Below, piece after piece: positions 20,193 to 28,761 of a DNA stretch of 35,612 bases. The DNA is taken from the NCBI GenBank assembly GCA_021825385.1, contig JAKAHU010000003.1:1-35612 (forward strand). The letters are read 5' to 3'. This DNA is from Chloroflexota bacterium (GTDB lineage: Bacteria > Chloroflexota > Limnocylindria > Limnocylindrales > CSP1-4). The notes below the pieces were generated by a model. It ran no database searches. It was given only the letters and a program-made list of their open reading frames with translations, and was not told where the DNA came from. Each line of letters starts with the position of its first letter. The stretch's first letter is position 1. Position numbers and translations under genes: made by a program.

Positions 20193-22976
20193 CTACTCGA
20201 GCCCGAGGCTCGTCTGTGCGGGCTGAGCAGCCCGGGCCGACTCCGCCCCACGGGACAGGTCAGGCCAGGCAACTACTAGGGCGTTGTAAGCCCGGGCCTC
20301 GTCGGTCCAGCCCTTGCGCTCGGCAACGTGATACATGCGGTAGGCGAGATCGCGGGCAGTGTCGCCGAGGCCGCCAAGTCGCGCGAGGAGGTCACCCGCA
20401 GCCGCTTCGCCGTCAGTCAGGAGCAGATGGGCGAGACGTTGCGTCGCTTCCCAGACTGGGATGCGATTGTCCTTCGTCGGGTCCCAGTTCCCGCTGTACT
20501 CGGCGCGCTCGAGAAGCCGGACCCGACCCCGCGATGCAGAGACGATGCCAGCCTCGACGAGCCCCGCGACCGAGCTGTTCTTCGCCTTCGACAGCGTCTC
20601 CGCGGTACCGTACGCGGACTCGCCGAGGCCGAACTGCTCGTACCAGGCGATCGCCCAGCGGGTGTCCGAATCGAACTCGCCCTCCTGCTCGGCGAGAATC
20701 TCGTCGAGGACCTGGTTGATGAGCGCGAGCGCCGTGCGGACTCGCATCGCCGAGCCGTCGGGCTCGAGCACCTTCGCATAGCGGCTGAAGACAGCCATGC
20801 CTGGCCCGATCGATGCCTGCGCGAGATCGACCGGTGCAATGTTCCCATGCTGCAGGGCTCTCATTGCCTCGGGCAACTCCTGCTTGAGCGATGCCACGAA
20901 GTCCTTACGAGTCGTGATACCGGCCGCTGCGATGCGCGGGCGACATACGAGGACGATTGATGATGCGAGAGCATTTCGCCCGAACTCCCTGAGCCCGCCT
21001 CGCTGCTCGGTGCGCATCGGCCAAGTGCCGTCGACCGCAAGGCCCGACGCCAACAGGCTCTCAAGCATCGTCTCCCATCCTGTTGAGGCGATTGATCCGT
21101 CCCCACTGCTCTCAGATTGACGAAAGGCGTAATAGATCGTGATCGGAAGGCCGTCGGCCGCCTGCGATCGAAGGTTCTCGAAGGTCAGTCGCAGACCCGC
21201 TTCGAAGTGCTCCTTCGCTGCCACCTTGCCTCCGAAACGCGCCTGATCAGCGACGAGCTCGGCGGACTTCGGCACGAGGATCGTCGAGAAGAGGTCTGGC
21301 CAGGTTGAGCCGAGCGACTGGCGAAGGATGGTGTAGAAGAAGTCGGAGAGGTCAGCGTAGGGAACGTTGTCGTAGTAGGGCGGATCGGTACTCACCAGGA
21401 CCGGTTCGGGCACTGTCACGATCCGGGCGTCAGCCTGCATCGAGGTGCCAGGGGCACCGCCGGGAAGCAGCCCGACGATCTTCGCGATCTGCTCGAACCC
21501 TTGGTGCCAACTGCCGGACGAGTCGCCCAGTGCGTTTGCCTCTGTGTAGTCCCAGACCATCGGTACGACAGGCAGCCCGAACGTCGGGACGAGGGTCAGC
21601 CGCTGACGGTTCCATGCACAAACGGACGTGCCGTAGTTGGCGACTTTGTCGATCGCGAAAGCGAGGTAGGTGCGGATCGCCTGTGCGTACGCGAGGGCCC
21701 CGCGGCCACCTGCCGATAGGGATTGGTCGTCCCCCTCCAGCCCGGCCGCCTCGGCGTCGCGCGCCACTCGAGCCTCTACCTCGTCGAGTAGCCCGATGAG
21801 AGTCTCGAGGACCGCTGCCTGTCGCCGTGTAAAGAGGTCCCGGAACTGGCTGAGCCCATATCGAGGTGGCGCCATGTACTGCGGGTGGGTCGACATGTCG
21901 ATCGCCGGTCCCCAGTCGGATTGGACAGCCAGCGCAATGCGCTCCTGCTCCTCGTCTCCAGCGACATAGACTCGCCCGCTCCGACTGTCGGCGACAACAG
22001 CAACCACCCGATGCCCAACTCGGCCTTTCATCGCTTCCGCCTTGACGTGATCGAGCGGGATCGACGCCGAGCAGACGACGCACCGACCGTTACCTCGAAG
22101 CATCGTGGGCTCGGGTGCGGTACCCGAACCGTGTCGGATGCGGAATGACACCGTGCGGTCCTGCCGATCGACAATCGGCTCGACCCAGACCCGGCGCCGA
22201 GCGGTGGTCTCAAGCTCGAATGACTTCAGGAGGGGCGCAGCAGCGCCGCACGCAGGGTTCGGGCACCGAACGGTTCGGGCCCACAGCCACGCGATGACGG
22301 TAGCGTCGCGGCTCCCCGAACCTTCGGGAGCCGCGACGGTCGGGTACATCGAACCAGCGCGCCGCCGCGCCTCGTCGTTCATCCAAGTTCCATACCGGCG
22401 GATGTCCTCGGCCAGCCCGGCGGCGCCTCGCCAAGCACCCGTCCCGCCCACTCCCGCACGCGCGCCGGAATGGACCGGAGGGCGGCCAGAGAACCGCGAC
22501 GGGATATCGATCTCCGCTCGCGTGATCAACACAGCCACAGGGTTCAGGTCGGAGGCGTACGCCGTCAGACCGAGCCGCTGCGCCTCCAGCGGGATCGAGC
22601 CACCACCGGCGAATGGGTCCAGCACCGCTGGCGGGTGCCCGCCGGTCGAACGGCGAATCTCGCGCCTCGCGTCCTCGAGCACCGATTCGACACCGGTGTT
22701 CTCCCATTGGACGAGTTGCTCTATGAGGCCGAACAGTCGCCGCCTCTCATCCTCCTGCGATTTGAGAGTTGGGAAGCGGTCGGGGTCAGCAGACGGGTCA
22801 TCGACGAGGCTCGCAAAGATCACGGCGCGAGCAGTTGCCAGGGGCCGACGCGCCCACCAGAGATGGAGACTGCTTGGATGACCGGTGTGGATTGCCTTCT
22901 CGCGCGCCGATGCGATGTTGATCGCCTCGAGCGGCAAGGCGAACTCGATCAGCTTGCGCCTCGGTCGGTCGCTCAC
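20193..22976 (-). CDS. DUF1156 adenine-specific DNA methyltransferase with Zn ribbon
   Basis: LHLWWARRPLA, DPFAGGGSIPLEA (motif I), CPNPAC/CVVC, TDPPYYDN (motif IV), NALASSI. Confidence 0.93.
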   Translation of the reverse strand: MSDRPRRKLIEFALPLEAINIASAREKAIHTGHPSSLHLWWARRPLATARAVIFASLVDDPSADPDRFPTLKSQEDERRRLFGLIEQLVQWENTGVESVLEDARREIRRSTGGHPPAVLDPFAGGGSIPLEAQRLGLTAYASDLNPVAVLITRAEIDIPSRFSGRPPVHSGARAGVGGTGAWRGAAGLAEDIRRYGTWMNDEARRRAGSMYPTVAAPEGSGSRDATVIAWLWARTVRCPNPACGAAAPLLKSFELETTARRRVWVEPIVDRQDRTVSFRIRHGSGTAPEPTMLRGNGRCVVCSASIPLDHVKAEAMKGRVGHRVVAVVADSRSGRVYVAGDEEQERIALAVQSDWGPAIDMSTHPQYMAPPRYGLSQFRDLFTRRQAAVLETLIGLLDEVEARVARDAEAAGLEGDDQSLSAGGRGALAYAQAIRTYLAFAIDKVANYGTSVCAWNRQRLTLVPTFGLPVVPMVWDYTEANALGDSSGSWHQGFEQIAKIVGLLPGGAPGTSMQADARIVTVPEPVLVSTDPPYYDNVPYADLSDFFYTILRQSLGSTWPDLFSTILVPKSAELVADQARFGGKVAAKEHFEAGLRLTFENLRSQAADGLPITIYYAFRQSESSGDGSIASTGWETMLESLLASGLAVDGTWPMRTEQRGGLREFGRNALASSIVLVCRPRIAAAGITTRKDFVASLKQELPEAMRALQHGNIAPVDLAQASIGPGMAVFSRYAKVLEPDGSAMRVRTALALINQVLDEILAEQEGEFDSDTRWAIAWYEQFGLGESAYGTAETLSKAKNSSVAGLVEAGIVSASRGRVRLLERAEYSGNWDPTKDNRIPVWEATQRLAHLLLTDGEAAAGDLLARLGGLGDTARDLAYRMYHVAERKGWTDEARAYNALVVAWPDLSRGAESARAAQPAQTSLGLE

Positions 22977-25900
22977 GCTGAAACCTCCACTACTTCTCCC
23001 TGGGCAAGTAGGTCCTTGATCGAGTAGTTCACCGACGTCGCCGCGGGGTCCGGTGCCAGCGAGAAGGGGCTGCGCAGGTAGATGGGCTCGGCGACTCGCT
23101 CACCGTCCACGCTGACGATCGCGAGATACCACCGGTCAGGCACATTGAGGCACTTCCCGATCTCGTTTCGAGTCACCGTAACCGTCGTGGCGCCCTCTGC
23201 TCGACCCTTCACCTCGATGAGGCGGAGCCGGCCGCCGGGCTCGCGGGACTCGACGTCCCAGCCGTACTTGCGGTCGCCGACGTCCTCGGGGAGGCGTCCG
23301 GCCGCCCGCTCAGCAGCCATGACCGCGGCCATCGCGAGGCGCTCGATACGTTTGGTCTCGCGGGCGAACAGCTCGGGTTCGGACGGAGCTGTGCCGGTCA
23401 GCCGATCCAGGAGGCCCCGCGGAACGACGATCGCCCCGCCGACGACGACCGGCGGGAGCGCCTGCACCTGGGCTTCCAGGTCGAGCTCGCGCATCCGAGA
23501 CCGAAGGCGATCAGCGAGATCATCAGCGCGCTGGCGGGCGACACTGCTCGCGAGGCGGGTTTGCTTACCGGCTCGCTCCTGCTCGCGCAGGCGGGCGTAC
23601 TGGCCATCCCAATAGTTGATCTCGTAGGTCAGGCGGGCGTGGACCTCGCGTCGGGTTCGCTCGATCCGGTCGAGGGTGCGCTCGCGGACCTCTGCGAGGT
23701 GGGAGCGGGCGAGGCGCTCAATGGCATAGCCCGTGGCGCGGGCCTCGAGCGTCGTGCCGACGAGCCATGCGGCGGCGTCGATCGTTGGCCCAACGAGGGC
23801 ACGCTCCTCGTCTGCGCACGGTCGGTAGTCGAGGTAGGGCGCAGCTCCGGCGCCGCCGGCATCGACCTCCCCGAGCTCCACGAACTCGAGGCGACGGCTC
23901 ACGACGGTCGGGTGCCCGTCGCGGGTGGGTCGCCCGTCGACGATCGCGTGTTCGAGATAGACCAGGGCTCGGATCGAGTCAGACGGATCGGTCTCGTCGA
24001 TCAGCAGAGCACCGCGGCGGAGGAGCTCGCGATGGTCCTGGAGGACGAGGTCGATCGTCGCTTCCAGGAGCGGGTGGCCGGGGCAGACGAACTCGGCGAG
24101 CGGGAACCCGACGACCGCGACCCGGTCCTTCTCGAACGCGATCCGCTCATACGCGCCGAGGACCCCGGGGCGCATCGCGGCCTCTCGTGCCCGATCCCGG
24201 ATCCGTCCGGGGACCTTCGTCAGCTCGTAGCGTCCTGGCTCGCGCTCACGGACCTGGCCGCCGAGGCGCCGGTACGCCAGGAGGAAGAAGTCGCGGACGT
24301 AGTGCGGCTGGAGCCGGTTCGCCTCGGCGCGTTCGAGATCGTCGCGAACCGCGGCGACCTTGGTCGTGTCGAGGAGGTTGGCACCGAGGGCACGTGTCGC
24401 GAGGAGGGCACGGAGGTGCTCGACGTCCAGGGCCTCGTCAATGACCCGTGTCATCTGGGTCCGGACCTCAGGGCTGTCGCCCAGGCGGATCGCCTCGATG
24501 AGGAGCTGGCGGAGCGGCTTGCCCTCGAACGTGACTTCCCCGAGAACATCGAACACGGTGCCCCCGAGGGCCTCCGTCTGGACGGCGATCTTCTGGAGCA
24601 GCCGGGCGTAGACGTCGCCCTCGCGGGTCTTGTCTGCAACCAGGTTCCACAGGTGGCACGGCTCGGTCTGGCCGATCCGGTGGATCCGCCCGAACCGCTG
24701 CTCGATCCTGTTGGGGTTCCAGGGCAGGTCGTAGTTGACCATCAGGTGGGCGCGCTGGAGGTTGATGCCCTCGCCCGCCGCATCGGTCGCGACGAGGACG
24801 ACGACCGCGGGATCGTTCTTGAATGCAGACTCCGCTGCGCGCCGCTGGTCGCGCGGCAGCCCACCATGGATCGCGACGATGGCCTCCGGCCGCCCGAGGA
24901 AGGTGCCGATCCGCTCAACGAGATAGTCGAGCGTGTCACGGTGCTCCGTGAAGACGATGAGCTTGCGCCTCCCACCGCCGGCATCGCGCATCTCGGGCGC
25001 CTCCTGGAGGAGCGTCGAGAGCTCGGTCCACTTCGTGTCCGTGCCGAGCTTCCGGACCTGTGCGGCGAGGGCCTCGAGCTCCTTGAGCCGTTCGATCTCG
25101 AGACGGAGCTCCGCGATCGTGCTGGCGGCAGTGGCGAGATCGACCGCGGTCTCCTCGGCCGCCTCGGCCTCCTCCGCGGTCGCCTCGTCATCATCGATCT
25201 CCTCGATGTCGGCGATCGTGATCGCGTTGAGGTCCGGCTGACTGATCCGGGCCTGGGCGCCGTCCCGCTGCAGCAGGGTCTCGGCGAGCGTTCGCTCCAA
25301 GCGGGCCAGACGACGCTTGAGCGACATATGGATCGCCGCGGGCGATGACGCGAGGCGGCGCTGGAGGACCATGAGCGCGAAGCCGACGATCAGCCCCCGC
25401 TTGCCCTCGCCCTCCGCCTTGAGCCGCTCGGCCCGGTTCATCTCCTCGCGGACGTAGGTGGTGACCTGCTCGTAGAGGGCGGCCTCGGGCCCGGACAGGT
25501 CGTAGGGCACCACGTAGGCGTACCGGGGCGGGAAGAGCGCCGTCCCGTCGAACTTGACGAGCTGCTCCTTCATCAGCCGGCGCATGAGCTCGCCCGGGTC
25601 CGATACCGGCGGGGCTGCGTCGGACGCCTTGCGCTTGTGCCCCGCAAACCGGTCGGGGTCGAGCAGGCTCATGAACAGCTCGAAGTCCTCCTCCTTGCCG
25701 TTGTGCGGCGTCGCGGTCAGGAGGAGGAAGTGCCGGGTGTGGGGCTTGACCCGCTCTGCGAGGAGGCGCCGCTTGGTCTTCTTGACCTCGCCCGAGAACA
25801 GCTGGGCGGAGAGCTTGTGGGCCTCGTCGAAGACGATGAGGTCCCAGTCGGGAGCGTTGTCGAGGATGAGCTGGAGGTCCTCGTCTCGGCTGAGCTTGTC

Positions 25901-26518
25901 CAGGCGGGCGATCAGCAGATCGCTGTCGGCGAACGGGTTGCCCGACGCCGAGCCCTCGATCCGATCGCGGGTGAGGAGCGTGAAGTCGAGGTGGAACTTC
26001 TCAGCCAGCTCGGCCTGCCACTGCTCGACGAGGGAGCCCGGGGTGACGATGAGGCAGCGCCGGAGGTCGCCCCGGACGATGAGCTCGCGGATGAACAGCC
26101 CGGTCATGATCGTCTTGCCGGCGCCCGGGTCGTCGGCCAGGAGGAAGCTCAGCGGCTGGCGGGGCAGCATCGCCTCGTAGACGGCGGTGATCTGGTGCGG
26201 TAGCGGCTCGACGAGGCTCGTGCTGACCGCGACGTACGGGTCGAACAGGTAGGCGAGGTCGATCCGCTTCGCCTCGCTGGCCAGCTTGAAGGCTTCCCCA
26301 TCGCCATCGAAGGCCCAGGGCTTTCCCTCTTCGACGATCGCCAGGCGCGGCTCGTCCTCGCGGTAGACGAGGCGCTCGGCCACGGCACCGTCGGCGGTCC
26401 GGTAGGTCAGCGTCAGGACCTCTGAGCCGTGCCAGCTGACATCAACCACCGTGACGGCGTGATCAGGCGTGACGCCCGCGATGAGAGCGCCCTTCGTCAA
26501 ATCCTCGAGGCGCGCGAT
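22973..26518 (-). CDS. SNF2-family helicase with C-terminal DUF3883 (PD-(D/E)xK) nuclease; probable ATC start at 26518 (TTG 26500 is the alternative)
   Basis: LLADDPGAGKT, DEAH, TATPH, EGINLQ, QRFGRIHRIG; C-terminal GWDVES...IEVKG; GGAGG 6 nt upstream of in-frame ATC. Confidence 0.92.
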   Translation of the reverse strand: MARLEDLTKGALIAGVTPDHAVTVVDVSWHGSEVLTLTYRTADGAVAERLVYREDEPRLAIVEEGKPWAFDGDGEAFKLASEAKRIDLAYLFDPYVAVSTSLVEPLPHQITAVYEAMLPRQPLSFLLADDPGAGKTIMTGLFIRELIVRGDLRRCLIVTPGSLVEQWQAELAEKFHLDFTLLTRDRIEGSASGNPFADSDLLIARLDKLSRDEDLQLILDNAPDWDLIVFDEAHKLSAQLFSGEVKKTKRRLLAERVKPHTRHFLLLTATPHNGKEEDFELFMSLLDPDRFAGHKRKASDAAPPVSDPGELMRRLMKEQLVKFDGTALFPPRYAYVVPYDLSGPEAALYEQVTTYVREEMNRAERLKAEGEGKRGLIVGFALMVLQRRLASSPAAIHMSLKRRLARLERTLAETLLQRDGAQARISQPDLNAITIADIEEIDDDEATAEEAEAAEETAVDLATAASTIAELRLEIERLKELEALAAQVRKLGTDTKWTELSTLLQEAPEMRDAGGGRRKLIVFTEHRDTLDYLVERIGTFLGRPEAIVAIHGGLPRDQRRAAESAFKNDPAVVVLVATDAAGEGINLQRAHLMVNYDLPWNPNRIEQRFGRIHRIGQTEPCHLWNLVADKTREGDVYARLLQKIAVQTEALGGTVFDVLGEVTFEGKPLRQLLIEAIRLGDSPEVRTQMTRVIDEALDVEHLRALLATRALGANLLDTTKVAAVRDDLERAEANRLQPHYVRDFFLLAYRRLGGQVREREPGRYELTKVPGRIRDRAREAAMRPGVLGAYERIAFEKDRVAVVGFPLAEFVCPGHPLLEATIDLVLQDHRELLRRGALLIDETDPSDSIRALVYLEHAIVDGRPTRDGHPTVVSRRLEFVELGEVDAGGAGAAPYLDYRPCADEERALVGPTIDAAAWLVGTTLEARATGYAIERLARSHLAEVRERTLDRIERTRREVHARLTYEINYWDGQYARLREQERAGKQTRLASSVARQRADDLADRLRSRMRELDLEAQVQALPPVVVGGAIVVPRGLLDRLTGTAPSEPELFARETKRIERLAMAAVMAAERAAGRLPEDVGDRKYGWDVESREPGGRLRLIEVKGRAEGATTVTVTRNEIGKCLNVPDRWYLAIVSVDGERVAEPIYLRSPFSLAPDPAATSVNYSIKDLLAQGEVVEVSA

Positions 26519-26654
26519 GGTTGTCCTCCAGTCCAGCCCGGGTCGCCCGGTTCACGCAGCGTCCCGCTCACGCGCACCACGTGCGTCGCCACGAACGATA
26601 CCCGTTCGCCGTGCCATCTCGGCTGTCATCGAGTCCAGCCGGGCATCGGGCACG

Positions 26655-26882
26655 TCAGGCGCGGGCCTCGACGGGGCGGTCGACGAGCTGTACGTCGTCG
26701 GCCGGCCAGGGGAGCCCTTCTGGCAGATCGGCTTCATCGCTGGCCGCTGCCCACTCTTCCCGCGAGCAGACCCACACCACCGGGAAGTCGCGGCCCATCT
26801 CGACCCCGGTGAGGGCCACCCGCTCCAATAGGTCACCGAAAGCCGTCCGGACCGTCACGGCATCGCCGCGCTTGATCTCCAT
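26655..26882 (-). CDS. Hypothetical 75-aa protein, first gene of the leftward (defence) operon
   Basis: Perfect SD AGGAGGT before ATG 26882; MEIKRGDAVTVRTAFG...VWVC...PWP small beta-barrel-like pattern. Confidence 0.72.
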   Translation of the reverse strand: MEIKRGDAVTVRTAFGDLLERVALTGVEMGRDFPVVWVCSREEWAAASDEADLPEGLPWPADDVQLVDRPVEARA

Positions 26883-27052
26883 TGGCCACCTCCTGACTCC
26901 CACACTATGTACAACACCAAACATCCTCTGGCGTGACGCTGCTCTCCGGCTCATCGTTGACCAGATGTGGCATAGGGGGTTGTGTTGTGGCGCGGGTTGG
27001 TGGCATAATGGCGGCGGCTCGCTCGAGCCGTAGCCGTAGCCATTAGGAGCAG
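26883..27052. promoter_or_regulatory. Divergent promoter region
   Basis: Locally AT-richer gap between divergent ORFs; rightward TG-N-CATAAT extended -10 (27001-27009) with TTGTGT 18 nt upstream; GTGGCATA direct repeat at 26967 and 27000. Confidence 0.6.
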
Positions 27053-27832
27053 GTGATGACCGACGAGAGCATCAAGCGCTACGCGCCCTATCTGGCGTGG
27101 CGCACGTTCTTCAACTTGATCCTGCAGCTCGACGAGAAGGGGCTTCCGACCCGGATCGACCGGAGCTTCCTCAGCCAGCGGTCCGGCGTCGATCAGGGCT
27201 ATCTCATCGCCACCCTCAAGGCGTTCGCCATGATCGCCGACGATGGGACCGTCCTCCAGCCCTTGAAGGACCTCGTCGCGGACCGGGACGGGCGCCAGGC
27301 GCTCGTTGCCGCCGTCCTCCGGGCCCACTACCCGGAGGTGTTCGCGCTGCCCTCGAACGCGACCCAGGCGGAGTTGGACGAGGTGTTCCGCGACGTCTTC
27401 GCCCAGACGGGCGCGACGCTGCGCAAGGCGCAGACCTTCCTGCTCCACGGCGCGGCATTCGCCGGTCTCAAGTTGAGCCCGTACTTCAAGACGCCTCGCG
27501 GCGTCCCGGGAGCGCCGGGCACGAGGCGGCCGCGGAGACGGGCAGCGCAGCGCGGTTCAGCTGCCGCCACGGCGACGGTCACCCCGGTCACGGTCACCAC
27601 TGACGCACCTGCCGTCCTGCACCCCGAGGCGAACGCCGACGAGATGAGGCTCCGGTACTTCGAGGTCCTGCTCAAGAAGGTCGATTCGGCCGATGAAACG
27701 GACACCGACCTCCTGGACCGGATCGAGCGCCTGATCGGCGTGGACCGACCTGGAGCGCCGACGGTGGCGGGTCGGCGCCCCCAGACGGAAGCCACCGGCG
27801 AGGACGCCGACGAACACCCCGCCGAGGCGTGA
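27053..27832 (+). CDS. DUF5343-like protein
   Basis: SD AGGAG; PYLAWRTF...GLPTRIDRSFL...SG...LKAFAMIADDG pattern recalled from DUF5343 proteins; disordered linker and helical C-terminus. Confidence 0.6.
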   Translation: MMTDESIKRYAPYLAWRTFFNLILQLDEKGLPTRIDRSFLSQRSGVDQGYLIATLKAFAMIADDGTVLQPLKDLVADRDGRQALVAAVLRAHYPEVFALPSNATQAELDEVFRDVFAQTGATLRKAQTFLLHGAAFAGLKLSPYFKTPRGVPGAPGTRRPRRRAAQRGSAAATATVTPVTVTTDAPAVLHPEANADEMRLRYFEVLLKKVDSADETDTDLLDRIERLIGVDRPGAPTVAGRRPQTEATGEDADEHPAEA

Positions 27833-27870
27833 CCATCGCCTGACCAGCATCTCCGTCACCCGGGCATCCG

Positions 27871-28485
27871 ATGAGGCATCCCGACCCGTTGATCATGTCG
27901 GCGGACATCGCCCGGGTGGCGTCCGAGCGTCCTGACCTTGGCGAGGAGCTGGTCCAGGCGCTCTACAACTACTTCGTCTTCATCGAGGGTCGGCAACCTA
28001 CGCTCGACCAGTTCCGGGATTATGTCGACCGCCTGTCCAGCCTTGATGAGCGCGCGATCCGCCTACGCCTCGGCCTTGGGCTCCGGTCCGCCAAACGGCG
28101 GCGCGACCGCCAGGCCGAGCCGGGCGGGAGGGTGACTGTCGAGAGCCGTGCCGCGGCCAGGAGCGCTGACCATCACGGAGCGGTCCGTGGGCCCGGACGG
28201 ACCGAGCTCGACGGCGCAGAACGTGGCGAGCAGACTCGCGAGCGCAGCGGCATTGAGCAGGCACGGTCGAAAGGCGGATCTCCGCCCGGCTGGGGACTGA
28301 CCAGGGACAACATCGTCGACGCGGCGATCGAGCATCGCGAACCCGATGGGACCTGGCCGACCCAGGCAACCGTGAGCTTGGAGCTCGGGAAGGACGAGGG
28401 GGGCCGGCGCATACGCCAGGTCCAAGGCCCACGCGGCTGGGCGGGCATCCTGGAGGACGCCGAGGCCAGGCTGGCCAACCGGTAG
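27871..28485 (+). CDS. Hypothetical protein with C-terminal HTH-like motif (putative regulator)
   Basis: PTQATVSLELG...RRIRQV resembles a helix-turn-helix; start uncertain (27871 or 27895). Confidence 0.5.
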   Translation: MRHPDPLIMSADIARVASERPDLGEELVQALYNYFVFIEGRQPTLDQFRDYVDRLSSLDERAIRLRLGLGLRSAKRRRDRQAEPGGRVTVESRAAARSADHHGAVRGPGRTELDGAERGEQTRERSGIEQARSKGGSPPGWGLTRDNIVDAAIEHREPDGTWPTQATVSLELGKDEGGRRIRQVQGPRGWAGILEDAEARLANR

Positions 28486-28522
28486 GAAACCCCGGCGCCG
28501 GAGCCATTGCCAGTTTCCTACC
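28481..28522. promoter_or_regulatory. Perfect 10-bp inverted repeat (putative operator) upstream of the replication operon
   Basis: GGTAGGAAAC (28481-28490), N22, GTTTCCTACC (28513-28522); internal palindrome CCGGCGCCGG (28492-28501). Confidence 0.6.
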
Positions 28523-28557
28523 TCGTCGTCACGACACCAACCCGGCACTGTCGGCTC

Positions 28558-28761
28558 ATGGACGCGATCGTGAACCGGCGCCGCTGGCCCCGCCTGGTGC
28601 TGATACTGCCGCCAGACGCTAACGACGCGCTGACAGCGATGGCTCGTGAGCACTTCCGCGACCGCAAGCGGGAGGCGCTCCGGCTCGTCCTCGAGGGGAT
28701 CGCGCGTGAGGACGACACCGCGATGCCGGACCGCTCGCCGCAAGAGTCGGCCGACGAATGA
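28558..28761 (+). CDS. Small ribbon-helix-helix/Arc-like DNA-binding protein
   Basis: PRLVLILPPDANDALTAMAREHFRDRKREALRLVLEGI fits a strand-helix-helix pattern; ATGA overlap with primase start. Confidence 0.6.
   Translation: MDAIVNRRRWPRLVLILPPDANDALTAMAREHFRDRKREALRLVLEGIAREDDTAMPDRSPQESADE

Noticed and set aside
26552-26654. Possible tiny minus-strand ORF between the 75-aa gene and the helicase
   Set aside because: No convincing SD or recognisable content
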